Shown in pieces: positions 45,189 to 54,925 of a stretch of 64,000 bases of DNA. The DNA is taken from positions 8,599 to 72,598 of the forward strand of contig CACBNQ010000003.1 in the NCBI GenBank assembly GCA_902540655.1. Reading direction: 5' to 3'. The notes under the pieces are model-generated. The model was not told the origin of the DNA. It saw nothing but the letters and a program-made list of their open reading frames with translations, and did not search any database. The translations under genes and the position numbers were made by a program. The DNA is from an uncultured Alphaproteobacteria bacterium. Its GTDB lineage: Bacteria > Pseudomonadota > Alphaproteobacteria > Rhodobacterales > Rhodobacteraceae. Within the stretch, counting starts at the first letter, position 1; every line of letters starts with the position of its first letter.

Positions 45189-47260
45189 TTTTAAACTCTT
45201 TTAAAAGAATTGATCGTTTTTTTAAAGCAAAGTCAGTCGTTTTTATCGGTGGCAAAGACATATTTGTTCCCATAAGGGAGTTAAAAAGAAGAGGTTATAA
45301 GGGGAAAATATTTGTTGTTAACCCAACCAGAAATAAAATTGATAATTATAAATGTTTAAGAAAGGTTTCTGACCTTCCGTTGAGTCCGGATGCTGCGTTC
45401 ATCGCTGTGCCTGCTAAAGAGGTTATTTCAACTGTAAGAGCTCTTAAAGCCATTAGGTGCAAGGGAATAGTATGTTATTCGGCAGGGTTTAAAGAAATCG
45501 GTAAGACTGGAAAATACCTTGAGGATAGACTAATTAAGGAATGCGGTGATACCCCGTTAATTGGGCCTAATTGTTATGGATTTATTAATTTTTCTGACAA
45601 CCTTGCACTTTGGCCGTTTTCACACAAAGGCAAACATTGCAAAAAGGGAATTGCGCTTATTACTCAAAGTGGAATGCTATCATCAGATATTATTATGGCG
45701 ACTAGATCACTTCCAATTAGCTTTATGGTATCCGCGGGGAATCAAGCTGTAACAAAGATTGAAGACTTAATTCACTATTTCAGCAGAAAGACAAATGTGT
45801 CCTGCATTGCTATACACATCGAAGGAATTTCTGATTTAACTAGATTTGTGGAGGCCTCAAAATTTTCATTTAATGCAGGAAAACCTATTATTGTTTACAA
45901 ATCTGGTAAATCACAAATTGGTAAAAGGATTGCTAAAAGCCATACCGGATCTCTTTCCGGAAATAATGAAATGTATTCTGCACTTTTTAAGCAATTGGCT
46001 ATCACGGAAGTGCATGACCCAATACAATTGCTTGAAACAGCTAAATTATTTAGTATTTCGAGCCCAATAAAAACAAATAAAATTTTAGCACTTACCTGTT
46101 CTGGAGGTGGAGCTGCAATGGTTGCAGATAACGCAGAAGATTTAGAATTAAAGTTACCAAACTTTAGAAAAAGTCAGAAAAAATCACTGGACAAAGTGTT
46201 ACCAAAAATAGCAACGATATCAAACCCCTTGGATTACACAACTCCCATATGGGGTATTCCAGAAAAGACAGGTCCAGTATTTAAAAACGCATTGAAAAAC
46301 GACTATTCCACAGCAATTTTGGTACAGGATTTTCCTCATACGCAAATAAACGATACTGAACAACTCTATTTAAACGATACAAAGGCTTTTATAGATGAGA
46401 GTAAACTCGTTGGTCTTACTCCCATTATCTGTTCAACTCTGCCTGAAAATATAAATGAAAATGTTGGCAATAAGATTTTGAGGTTAGGTGGTGTCCCAAT
46501 GCAGGGCATATATAACTGTTTAAACGCAGTAAGACACCTTCTAGATTACAATAATTTCAGTGATAAAAAAGAGTTACAAAAATTTAAGCTAGCGCAACGC
46601 AAAAATGATAAATTTCTAAACGCAAACGAGTACCAAGGAAAAATTAGTATTAGAGCACAAGGAATAAAGGTTCCCAATGCTCAGCTTGTAAAAAATATAA
46701 AAGATTTAGAAAAAGTAAAAATTAAATTTCCAATCGCTTTAAAGTTTACTAGCTCAAAAATTTTACATAAGACCGAGTTAGGAGCTGTTAAATTAAACAT
46801 TAATAGTCGAATGGAGCTCGTATCAAAATATCATGAAATTAAAAAATCATTGGGCTTAAAGGCGATTAATAATGGTATATTTTTTATTGAAGAAATGCTT
46901 CCAGCTCCAATTGCAGAAATGTTTTTAAGCATTCGAAGTGACAAAACATTTGGTAATGTATTAGTTGTTGGAATGGGAGGAGCATTAACTGAATTATACA
47001 GGGATACAAAAACTTTTATATTACCTGTATCAAAAAAATATATTTCACAAGAAATTAAAAAAATGAAATTTTTCAATATAATCAATGGCTTTCGTAATAA
47101 TAGTAAAGTAAAATTAAATATGATTATAAATGAAATATTTAAAATAGCAGATTTTCATAACCAAGAAGAAAATGGGTGCGCATCAATAGAGATAAATCCA
47201 TTTTTTGTATACGAAGATAGCATGATAGCAGCTGATTGTGTTTTAAGTCGAAAAATATAA
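45185..47260 (+). CDS. ADP-forming acyl-CoA synthetase (fused CoA-binding/ligase-CoA/ATP-grasp domains)
   Basis: N-terminal CoA-binding domain (KSVVFIGG..., NPT....I....C), GPNCYGFIN, a His-loop-like KSHTGSLSG and a C-terminal ATP-grasp region. ATGA overlap with the ACAD gene. Confidence 0.8.
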   Translation: MILNSFKRIDRFFKAKSVVFIGGKDIFVPIRELKRRGYKGKIFVVNPTRNKIDNYKCLRKVSDLPLSPDAAFIAVPAKEVISTVRALKAIRCKGIVCYSAGFKEIGKTGKYLEDRLIKECGDTPLIGPNCYGFINFSDNLALWPFSHKGKHCKKGIALITQSGMLSSDIIMATRSLPISFMVSAGNQAVTKIEDLIHYFSRKTNVSCIAIHIEGISDLTRFVEASKFSFNAGKPIIVYKSGKSQIGKRIAKSHTGSLSGNNEMYSALFKQLAITEVHDPIQLLETAKLFSISSPIKTNKILALTCSGGGAAMVADNAEDLELKLPNFRKSQKKSLDKVLPKIATISNPLDYTTPIWGIPEKTGPVFKNALKNDYSTAILVQDFPHTQINDTEQLYLNDTKAFIDESKLVGLTPIICSTLPENINENVGNKILRLGGVPMQGIYNCLNAVRHLLDYNNFSDKKELQKFKLAQRKNDKFLNANEYQGKISIRAQGIKVPNAQLVKNIKDLEKVKIKFPIALKFTSSKILHKTELGAVKLNINSRMELVSKYHEIKKSLGLKAINNGIFFIEEMLPAPIAEMFLSIRSDKTFGNVLVVGMGGALTELYRDTKTFILPVSKKYISQEIKKMKFFNIINGFRNNSKVKLNMIINEIFKIADFHNQEENGCASIEINPFFVYEDSMIAADCVLSRKI

Positions 47261-47264
47261 GATC

Positions 47265-48308
47265 CTATTTATATTTTTCTTTATTTCTAGAAGCTTTCTC
47301 TTTGAAAAGTGCACCTATAGCTGCGTCTAATGTGACTTTTCCTATTTTTTTACCTTTATCATCGACGACGCTACACTCATTGTTCTTTTCATTATTTAAG
47401 ACCTTTAAAGCGTCTTCGAGAGAACAAGAGCTATCTAAAGAAGTGCCTTCACTACTACCTTTTTGCATAATGGATTTAACTTCAATTACTTTCCCACGGT
47501 TAATATCTTTAATGAAATCAGAGATATAGTCATCGGCTGGCTTCATAATTATTTGTTGAGGATCACCTTTTTGAATAATCTTTCCATCCCTCAATATTGC
47601 AATGTTATCTCCAATTCTGAGCGCTTCATCTAAATCGTGCGTAATAAAGATAATTGTCTTATGTAAATCTTTTTGAAGTTCTAAAAGAATATTTTGCATG
47701 TCAGTTCTTATTAAAGGGTCTAAGGCTGAAAATGCTTCATCCATCAATAATATGGGAGCATCTGTTGCCAATGCTCTAGCCAAACCAACTCTCTGTTGCA
47801 TACCACCGGAAAGTTGAGCAGGATATCTTTCCTCAAAACCTGATAATCCCACACTCTCAATCCACTTATGACTTTTCTCCTTCGCTATACTCTCTTGCTC
47901 TCCTTGGATGGTCAGGCCATACGCAACGTTTTGCGCTACTGTTTTATGCGGTAATAGAGCAAACTTTTGAAAAACCATAGACGTCTTTTTTCGTCTGAAT
48001 TCACGCAACTGAAGTTGTGACATGGAAAGAATATCCTCATCATCTACGGTAATTGCGCCTGCTGTAGGTTCAATCAAACGATTGATATGTCTTATCAGAG
48101 TTGACTTTCCAGAGCCTGATAGTCCCATAATCACTTGTATTCTTTGTTCAGGAATATCTAAATTAATATTGTTTAGTCCAAGGACATGACTATGATTATC
48201 CAATAGCTCCTGTTTTGACATCCCATTTTTTACAGGGTCTATAAAAGATTTACCTCTAGGACCAAAGATTTTATAGAGATTTTCTATTTTAAGCTTCGTT
48301 TTACTCAT
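47265..48308 (-). CDS. proV: Glycine betaine/proline-betaine-type ABC transporter ATP-binding protein ProV with a C-terminal CBS region
   Basis: Walker A GLSGSGKST, signature LSGGMQQRV and Walker B ILLMDEAFSALD. ATG 48308 (MSKTKLKIENLYKIFG) is preferred; it overlaps the proW stop by 8 nt. Confidence 0.9.
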   Translation of the reverse strand: MSKTKLKIENLYKIFGPRGKSFIDPVKNGMSKQELLDNHSHVLGLNNINLDIPEQRIQVIMGLSGSGKSTLIRHINRLIEPTAGAITVDDEDILSMSQLQLREFRRKKTSMVFQKFALLPHKTVAQNVAYGLTIQGEQESIAKEKSHKWIESVGLSGFEERYPAQLSGGMQQRVGLARALATDAPILLMDEAFSALDPLIRTDMQNILLELQKDLHKTIIFITHDLDEALRIGDNIAILRDGKIIQKGDPQQIIMKPADDYISDFIKDINRGKVIEVKSIMQKGSSEGTSLDSSCSLEDALKVLNNEKNNECSVVDDKGKKIGKVTLDAAIGALFKEKASRNKEKYK

Positions 48309-49191
48309 GCTCTTTTCCGTACCGATGAGCCTGAAGTCTTTGTCCGTATCGCTGTGATACCCTATCAAAAATTATTGCCAACGCGACAATTGCTAAACCG
48401 TTCATCAAGCCGAGTGTTAAATATTGATTTTGAACAGCTTGCAGAACCGGCATACCTAACCCTTTAACACCAATCATTGAAGCTATAACAACCATTGCAA
48501 GCGCCATCATGATAGTTTGGTTTACTCCAGCAAAAATATTTGGTAATGCCAAGGGGATTTGAACCGAAAAGAGCTTTTGTCTGTAGCTAGAGCCAAAAGC
48601 ATCTGCAGCCTCAAGAATTTCTTTATCCACAAGCCTTATACCTAGATTAGTTAAACGAATAATTGGAGGTATAGCGTATACACAGACAGCTATTAATCCC
48701 GGTACTCTTCCAATGCCTAAAAGCATTACAACGGGTAACAAGTATACGAAGATTGGAATAGTTTGCATTAAATCTAAAATTGGTGTTATAGCACTTTGCA
48801 CGCGATCGTAGCGCGACATTAATATTCCAATTGGGATTCCGACTGCTATACAAATAAGTGTAGAGACAGATATTAATGAAATAGTTGCCATCATATCTTT
48901 CCACATTCCAAAATAACCAATTAACATAAAAGAAACTACAGAGCCTAAAGCCAGTTTCCAGCTTCTAGACCCCAGATATGCAAGCCCCGCGACTATTAAA
49001 AGTATAATTGGCCATGGAGTTGCTATTAAGAGTTTTTCTAACCAGACTAAGAAGAAATACAGGGGATCAAAGAATGCTTCAATAGCATCTCCATTTGACC
49101 TAGACCATTCTCTAAAAGATCCATCAATACCTTTTTTCAGATCTCTTAGGTCTCGTTTGCCCAAACTCGGAAACTCCGACAGCCAATCCAT
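48301..49191 (-). CDS. proW: Betaine-type ABC transporter permease ProW
   Basis: Polytopic, with the EAA-loop-like EAADAFGSSYRQKLFSVQIPLALP. Confidence 0.9.
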   Translation of the reverse strand: MDWLSEFPSLGKRDLRDLKKGIDGSFREWSRSNGDAIEAFFDPLYFFLVWLEKLLIATPWPIILLIVAGLAYLGSRSWKLALGSVVSFMLIGYFGMWKDMMATISLISVSTLICIAVGIPIGILMSRYDRVQSAITPILDLMQTIPIFVYLLPVVMLLGIGRVPGLIAVCVYAIPPIIRLTNLGIRLVDKEILEAADAFGSSYRQKLFSVQIPLALPNIFAGVNQTIMMALAMVVIASMIGVKGLGMPVLQAVQNQYLTLGLMNGLAIVALAIIFDRVSQRYGQRLQAHRYGKEHE

Positions 49192-49213
49192 GAGGTACCC
49201 TTATCAAAAAATT

Positions 49214-49248
49214 AAAAAAAAAGTCGCCTCAGTTACCCGAGGCGACTT
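49214..49248 (-). terminator. Strong intrinsic terminator/attenuator hairpin between proX and proW
   Basis: Minus strand: AAGUCGCCUC-GGGUAACU-GAGGCGACUU, a perfect 10-bp stem followed by a U run (UUUUUUUAAUUUUUU). Located 17 nt after the proX stop and about 25 nt before the proW ATG. Confidence 0.8.
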
Positions 49249-49264
49249 GAATAAACATATATTT

Positions 49265-50269
49265 TTAGAGAGATGCCTTAACCTTCTTAGCGACGTCTGC
49301 AGACACCCAAGGTGTCCAAACATCTTCATATTCGATTAAAAACTCAACAGCTGCATCTGGACCATTTGCTTGGTTGTCTTCCATATACACCAACATTTTG
49401 TTCATAATTGGACCTGGGAAAATACGTTTTGCAAAATAACCCATAGCATCTGCTCCTGCAGATTCTTTGAAGTTTGTAGTCACAATAGTGTGAACTTCTG
49501 ACTTAGTCCAAGCTGATGGCTTTGGATCAGCACAGTCTTGTTCAGCTTTTGCAATACATCCATCCCAGTTTTCTGCACCAGCAAAGGGCACTCCAAACGG
49601 AACAAGCTGCATATTAAATTTTCCAATAGGAGCTGTTGGAGCCCAATAATACCCAAACCAGTTATCTCCTCTTTGTACAGCTTTTGCCATTGATGCATCA
49701 AGACCAGCTTGTGAACCTGGGTCAACTAAGATCCAGCCTTTATCTTCCATTTTGAACGCTCTAAAGAGGTTTATGTTTGAAAGTTGGCATCCCCATCCTG
49801 CGGGACATCCAATGAATTCACCTTTTGAAGGATCCTCTTTTGCAGGGAAAAGATCTGGTCTCTCAAGAATATCTAAAACAGTCTTTAGACCTGGGTTCTT
49901 TGTAAGCACGTAATCTGGCACCCACCATCCTTCTCCAAGGTCAGTGATTGGCATTTCTCTTGCTGAATGCAATCTTCCTTCGTCCATTGCCTTGAAAAGT
50001 GGTTCCCTAACCGCGTTTATCCATAATTCGGCAGCAACGTCAGGTTGTCCCTTCTCATTCATAGATGCAAAAGTCGTAGTAGTTGCACCGGCAACCATTT
50101 CGATTTCGCAGCCATAACCCTCTTCAAGGATAATTTTATCGACATTTGCCATTAGTGTAGCTGATGGCCAGTTCATATCAGCCATTGAAATTGATCCACA
50201 TGCCGCGTAGACATTTGTGGCTAAAGCCATAGTGCCAGCAACGACAGTTGACATCAAAAATTTATACAT
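49265..50269 (-). CDS. proX: Quaternary-amine (glycine betaine/carnitine-type) ABC transporter substrate-binding protein ProX
   Basis: Signal peptide (MSTVVAGTMALATNVYA). An aromatic-rich OpuAC-type binding protein (WPS, ELWINA, GWWVPDY, YYWAPT). Lies upstream of proWV. Confidence 0.85.
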   Translation of the reverse strand: MYKFLMSTVVAGTMALATNVYAACGSISMADMNWPSATLMANVDKIILEEGYGCEIEMVAGATTTTFASMNEKGQPDVAAELWINAVREPLFKAMDEGRLHSAREMPITDLGEGWWVPDYVLTKNPGLKTVLDILERPDLFPAKEDPSKGEFIGCPAGWGCQLSNINLFRAFKMEDKGWILVDPGSQAGLDASMAKAVQRGDNWFGYYWAPTAPIGKFNMQLVPFGVPFAGAENWDGCIAKAEQDCADPKPSAWTKSEVHTIVTTNFKESAGADAMGYFAKRIFPGPIMNKMLVYMEDNQANGPDAAVEFLIEYEDVWTPWVSADVAKKVKASL

Positions 50270-50816
50270 ATCTCTTTCCTTCCATTTTAGGTCATACGTT
50301 AAAGACCAAGATTTGTTTATACCAAGGCTACCCGTTTCATTAAGCTCTTGTCAATAGCAACAACCTTTTTTAGTAGCCAGCTTTACAATTGCAACCCAAT
50401 ATTCATTCAATTATTGAGATAGTACTTTAAAAAATGCTTGAAAAAGCGCTGGTTTGTTTTAGGATGAATTGAGAGGTCGGTCGCTAGCCCTCTATAAAAA
50501 AAGGCCTTAAATGTTTTCGGAGGCCATAGTGACATTGTTCAATTTAATATTTTCTAAGCTTAACAACAAGAAAACCACTTATAGTGTGGGTCAGAGGCTA
50601 TACTCAAGAACAAAACGCAATGCCCTCCTTCTAGAAAAAGAAATCTTTGTAAATGACATAAAGCATTTTCGTGTAAGCATTGAGGGTGCGCCAATAAAAA
50701 AAGCTGTCATTTTAAGTGAGAATGCTTTACAAAATGACAAATATAAAGAATTTGAAAATAGATCAAAAATAGAAAAACTTTTTTGATTTTCTTTGTCTTT
50801 AAACCTTAGTTTACTT

Positions 50817-52451
50817 CTAACGATCAGGGGTCAGCATTATCACGTCATCTGTTAGGCCTTCTTTTCTGACATCTACCTTACTTAACTTCCCAGACCCAGT
50901 TTTTCTGATGCTGTCTATAAACCTGATATACTTTGGAACAGCAAATCTAGGTAGCTTTTCTTGACAAAAGAGCAGAAATTTCTCGTTATCTATTTTGTCT
51001 CCTTTATTTTTAACAATGCAAACGAGGACTTCATCCTCACCGCCTGATTTTTCTGTTTTTACCCCTATTGCTGCACTTTCATCCACTTGCGGATATGAAT
51101 TAATAACTTGTTCCAACTCAAAAGCAGAAATGTTCTCGCCTCTACGCCTGATGCAGTCCTTTATTCTATCAAAATAATGCATCCTTCCCTTTTCATCAAA
51201 ATAGCACGCATCGCCAGTGTGAAACCATAAATTTCGCCAAGACTCTAAAGTTTTCTCTGGCATTTTATAATAACCTGCAGAAAAGATACCTGGGTGCTTA
51301 GGCCTTATAAGAAGTTCTCCAATTTTATTACTGGGTAGAGTTTCATCGTTTTCAGGATTAGCTATTTTGACCTCATATAATTCGCCAATTGGATAGCCTG
51401 CGCAGCCAGGAATAGTCTTGTCACTAGAGATTTGCTCATAGAAACTCATTCCACTTTCGGTCATACCAAAACCTTGGAAAAACTTTATATCAAATCGTTT
51501 CTCAAATTTATCGGCCCACTCGGCACCAATGGGAACGGCTCCTATATGCCTCAAAGAATGATCTCTATCAAAACCACTGTTAGCAGTATTGAAAATAAAT
51601 TCAGTCATGACGCCTAGTAGATTTGTTACAGTTGCTTTACAATTAATAATATCCTGCAACCATTTGTTGGGACTGAACCTTTCTATACAGTAAACATTCA
51701 TACCCGCGTAGAGAGCAGCAAAACATTGAATACTTAACGCATTGATATGGAAAAGTGGCATGCAAATGTAATAGGTATCTTCAGTGGTTAAATGTTGAAC
51801 CTCCGCGCTTATAATTGAATACGAAAAAAAATGCCCGTGTGTTAATAAGACTCCCTTAGATGGCCCAGTAGTACCAGACGTATACATTATCGCACAAATT
51901 TTATGAATTGACGCAGTCTTCAGTAGACCTATATCGCTAGCACGACTAGGAGAGTCAAAGCATGATTGAAAGGTGATATCCGCTTCTGAATGGAGAGCCA
52001 TTGGCACTAATTTTTTATCAAAAGATTTAGTTACTATAGTGCTTTTAAGTTTATTTTTTTGTGGTTTGACATCTTTAAAAACATCAAGCAACATATTGTC
52101 AATTATAACTATTTTAGGATCAGAATTAAGAAACTGATGCTCTAAGAATTGCCCTCTTAATTCTGTATTTATAGGAACAAAAACAGCCCCGATCTTCATT
52201 ACGGCAAATAGAGAAATAAGAAATTCTGGACTATTTTTTAGAAGACAAAAGACATTTTCGTCCTCTTTAAGTCCGATATCTAAAAGTTTATAAGCTAATT
52301 TATCTGACTGCTCATCAAGCAATTTAAACGAGAGAGAAGTGCCGGAGTCAAATCTAATGAATTCTTTGTCCCCATATTCAGACGCTCTGATCTTTAACAA
52401 CTTCAAAATATTCCAATTTGATTTCTCTGCAAAAACACCTCTTTCTTTCAT
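50817..52451 (-). CDS. AMP-forming acyl-CoA ligase (CaiC-like by context)
   Basis: YTSGTTGPSKGV, GFGMTE, FHTGD and the SGKLSK lysine loop. ATG 52451, preceded by GGAG, is preferred over the track GTG at 52469. Confidence 0.85.
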   Translation of the reverse strand: MKERGVFAEKSNWNILKLLKIRASEYGDKEFIRFDSGTSLSFKLLDEQSDKLAYKLLDIGLKEDENVFCLLKNSPEFLISLFAVMKIGAVFVPINTELRGQFLEHQFLNSDPKIVIIDNMLLDVFKDVKPQKNKLKSTIVTKSFDKKLVPMALHSEADITFQSCFDSPSRASDIGLLKTASIHKICAIMYTSGTTGPSKGVLLTHGHFFSYSIISAEVQHLTTEDTYYICMPLFHINALSIQCFAALYAGMNVYCIERFSPNKWLQDIINCKATVTNLLGVMTEFIFNTANSGFDRDHSLRHIGAVPIGAEWADKFEKRFDIKFFQGFGMTESGMSFYEQISSDKTIPGCAGYPIGELYEVKIANPENDETLPSNKIGELLIRPKHPGIFSAGYYKMPEKTLESWRNLWFHTGDACYFDEKGRMHYFDRIKDCIRRRGENISAFELEQVINSYPQVDESAAIGVKTEKSGGEDEVLVCIVKNKGDKIDNEKFLLFCQEKLPRFAVPKYIRFIDSIRKTGSGKLSKVDVRKEGLTDDVIMLTPDR

Positions 52452-52495
52452 AATTAAACTCCGTACCACAAAATAGCTTTAAATTATTATTTTAT

Positions 52496-53359
52496 TTATT
52501 TGTCGGTGTTAGAATACAGCGCATTATATACTACAGCAAAGCAAATTAAAGATCCTCCTAGAATAGTATTGAGTAAAACCTTTTCCCCTATAAAAATCCA
52601 TACCCAAACCGGTCCCAAAAATACCTCTCCAAGCATTAGTATGGTTAGTTGCGTTGCAGGAACAAATTTTGAGCCTAAAGTATATAAAACAAGGCCACCA
52701 CCTACCTGGAAGACACCTAAAATGAAAATAATGAAGAAGTCTTTGCTGATAAGCTGAAAACTATAATTTGAAAACAATATAATTAAGAAAGCAACAGAGG
52801 ATGCGATGATCCCAGAAGCGAAAACAGATGGCAACATTTGCATATGTTTGTTTAGTCTTAGATTGATAGTAAAAAAAGAAAAGCCGATGGCTGAAATAAT
52901 AGCGGATAAGTTTCCTTTCCAATCACCGCCACCAAAACCACCCCAAATCATAATAACGACGCCCGTAAAAGCAATGGCAATGGACAGCAATGTTTTGATT
53001 GATATTGTTTCTCTTAGAAATATTGGTGACAAAATAGCTGTAAATATTGGGGCACAAGCAAATAATAGAAGAGCATTTGCTGCTGATGTAATTAATAAAG
53101 CGTAAATTCCTCCTATATATGCAAAAAATAGTGCAGTACCACCAGACAAATAAGACACCCAGTTTTTTAAAAGAAGAAAAAAGTTAAACCTGAAAAAAAA
53201 ACGGAGCAAAAACCCAATAAGAATTGAAATAAAAATTGAACGAAAAAATAATATTTCAAACGCATTGGCCTGCTCAATGCTCTTGATACTTAATCCTATA
53301 GTGGACCAAAGTATTCCTGCGGTAACAGCTAAAAGAATACCAAAACTCTTATCTGTCAT
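52496..53359 (-). CDS. EamA/DMT superfamily transporter
   Basis: 10-TM-type hydrophobic profile in two EamA-like halves. Confidence 0.8.
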   Translation of the reverse strand: MTDKSFGILLAVTAGILWSTIGLSIKSIEQANAFEILFFRSIFISILIGFLLRFFFRFNFFLLLKNWVSYLSGGTALFFAYIGGIYALLITSAANALLLFACAPIFTAILSPIFLRETISIKTLLSIAIAFTGVVIMIWGGFGGGDWKGNLSAIISAIGFSFFTINLRLNKHMQMLPSVFASGIIASSVAFLIILFSNYSFQLISKDFFIIFILGVFQVGGGLVLYTLGSKFVPATQLTILMLGEVFLGPVWVWIFIGEKVLLNTILGGSLICFAVVYNALYSNTDK

Positions 53360-53472
53360 AGTCTTCTAAAATTTGCAATATTCTCATTAATCTTTTCTCA
53401 AATAGACAAAGAACCTCTAATAGCTTTAAGTAATAAAGTAAACATGATAATCTTTCCGTAGGGGTAAATGAA

Positions 53473-54894
53473 ATGGCAGGAAAAGAATTTTTAGAGTCGA
53501 TTGAAATCAATTTCAAGCAAGCTATAAAATTTTTAAACAGTAATAAATCACAGAGTGCTTTAACTGACGATCTTGCAGAACAAATTATGCAGGCAAATTC
53601 AACTTATTTAGTAAGATTTGGCGTTAGATTAAGGAATAAAGTTTATACATTTCAAGGATATAGATCAGTACACTCCGATCACTTTGAACCTGTGAAAGGC
53701 GGCATAAGGTACGATTTAGAAGTAAATCAAGAGGAAGTTGAGGCTTTAGCAGCTCTTATGACTTATAAGTGTTCGCTTGTTGAGGTACCTTTCGGGGGAT
53801 CAAAAGGAGGTCTAATCATTGACCCAAAAAAATGGAGTACCGAAGAGCTAGAAAAAATTACCCGACGGTTTACTCAAGAACTGGCTAAAAGAGATTTAAT
53901 TCATCCATCACAGAATGTACCAGCACCTGATGTGGGAACTGGGGAACGAGAAATGGCCTGGATGGCAGACGAATATAGGAGGTTGAACCCCACGGATTTA
54001 AATGCTTGGGCCTGCGTTACTGGAAAACCTGTAAGCAAGGGAGGGATTGCTGGCAGAACTGAAGCTACGGGGCGTGGTGTAAAATACGCACTAAACGCAT
54101 TCTTTGACTGTAAAATTGATTTAGAAAAGACTGGGCTCTCACCAGGGTTAAGTGGAAAGCGAGTAATAGTACAGGGTCTAGGTAATGTTGGTTATCATGC
54201 TGCACTATTTTTATCGAAAGAGGATGGTGCAAAAATAACTCATGTTTTGGAACGGGATGGAGCTATAATAAATGAACAAGGGATCGATATCCAGGAATTA
54301 CGAGACAATATAATAAAAAATGGCTCAATAAAAGGCTATCCAGGGTTTACCGACAAAGGGCCAGAGCTTCTGGAAGCTGATGCCGATATTTTGATTCCCG
54401 CAGCAATGGAGTTGGTAATAACTGAAGAAAATGCTGCAAGAATTAAGGCTCCTCTAATCATTGAAGCAGCAAACGGACCAATATCGTCCAATGCTGATAA
54501 GATATTGAATAAAAATAGTAAAATCATTATTCCAGATTTATATGCTAATGCTGGAGGGGTTACAGTTAGCTACTTCGAATGGATCAAAAATTTAAGCAGA
54601 ATAAGATTTGGTAGACTACAAAGACGTGCGCAAGAAAACCAACTGTCTTCTTTAATTAGTGGAATTGAGTCTATGACCAAGGAAAAGTTTTCTGACGAGT
54701 TTAAAAAAGAGATTGTTAAAGGCGATTCAGAGCTTGATTTAGTAAGATCAGGACTAGAAGATACCATGCGAACCACGTATGATGTAATAAGTGCTCGTTG
54801 GAACTCAGATACAGATATTCCTGACCTGCGCACTGCTGCTATGATGGTTTCGATTAGTAGAATAGCCAGCACCTATTCAACGTTAGGTATTTGA
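53473..54894 (+). CDS. Glu/Leu/Phe/Val dehydrogenase family protein (glutamate dehydrogenase-like)
   Basis: Catalytic-Lys block VPFGGSKGG, VPAPDVGT and the Rossmann GLGNVG. Confidence 0.85.
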   Translation: MAGKEFLESIEINFKQAIKFLNSNKSQSALTDDLAEQIMQANSTYLVRFGVRLRNKVYTFQGYRSVHSDHFEPVKGGIRYDLEVNQEEVEALAALMTYKCSLVEVPFGGSKGGLIIDPKKWSTEELEKITRRFTQELAKRDLIHPSQNVPAPDVGTGEREMAWMADEYRRLNPTDLNAWACVTGKPVSKGGIAGRTEATGRGVKYALNAFFDCKIDLEKTGLSPGLSGKRVIVQGLGNVGYHAALFLSKEDGAKITHVLERDGAIINEQGIDIQELRDNIIKNGSIKGYPGFTDKGPELLEADADILIPAAMELVITEENAARIKAPLIIEAANGPISSNADKILNKNSKIIIPDLYANAGGVTVSYFEWIKNLSRIRFGRLQRRAQENQLSSLISGIESMTKEKFSDEFKKEIVKGDSELDLVRSGLEDTMRTTYDVISARWNSDTDIPDLRTAAMMVSISRIASTYSTLGI

Positions 54895-54925
54895 TAAACT
54901 ATAAATGTGTATGCAATCTAATCGC

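Noticed and set aside
47236-47529. 97-aa plus-strand ORF overlapping the ligase 3' end and proV
   Set aside because: It is antisense to the proV CBS region and is a low-complexity Ser/Leu/Phe-rich frame.
48647-48904. 85-aa minus-strand ORF in an alternative frame inside proW
   Set aside because: It is an out-of-frame overlap with a clear permease gene.
50270-50510. Glycine or other known riboswitch upstream of proX
   Set aside because: I could not find the conserved glycine-riboswitch core or any other riboswitch consensus I know. Only generic hairpins are present, so an Infernal scan is needed.
50511-50786. 91-aa Lys-rich plus-strand ORF in the caiC-like/proX spacer
   Set aside because: It has no convincing ribosome-binding site, no motif and a composition unlike its neighbours. 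It is kept only as an alternative explanation within the spacer finding.
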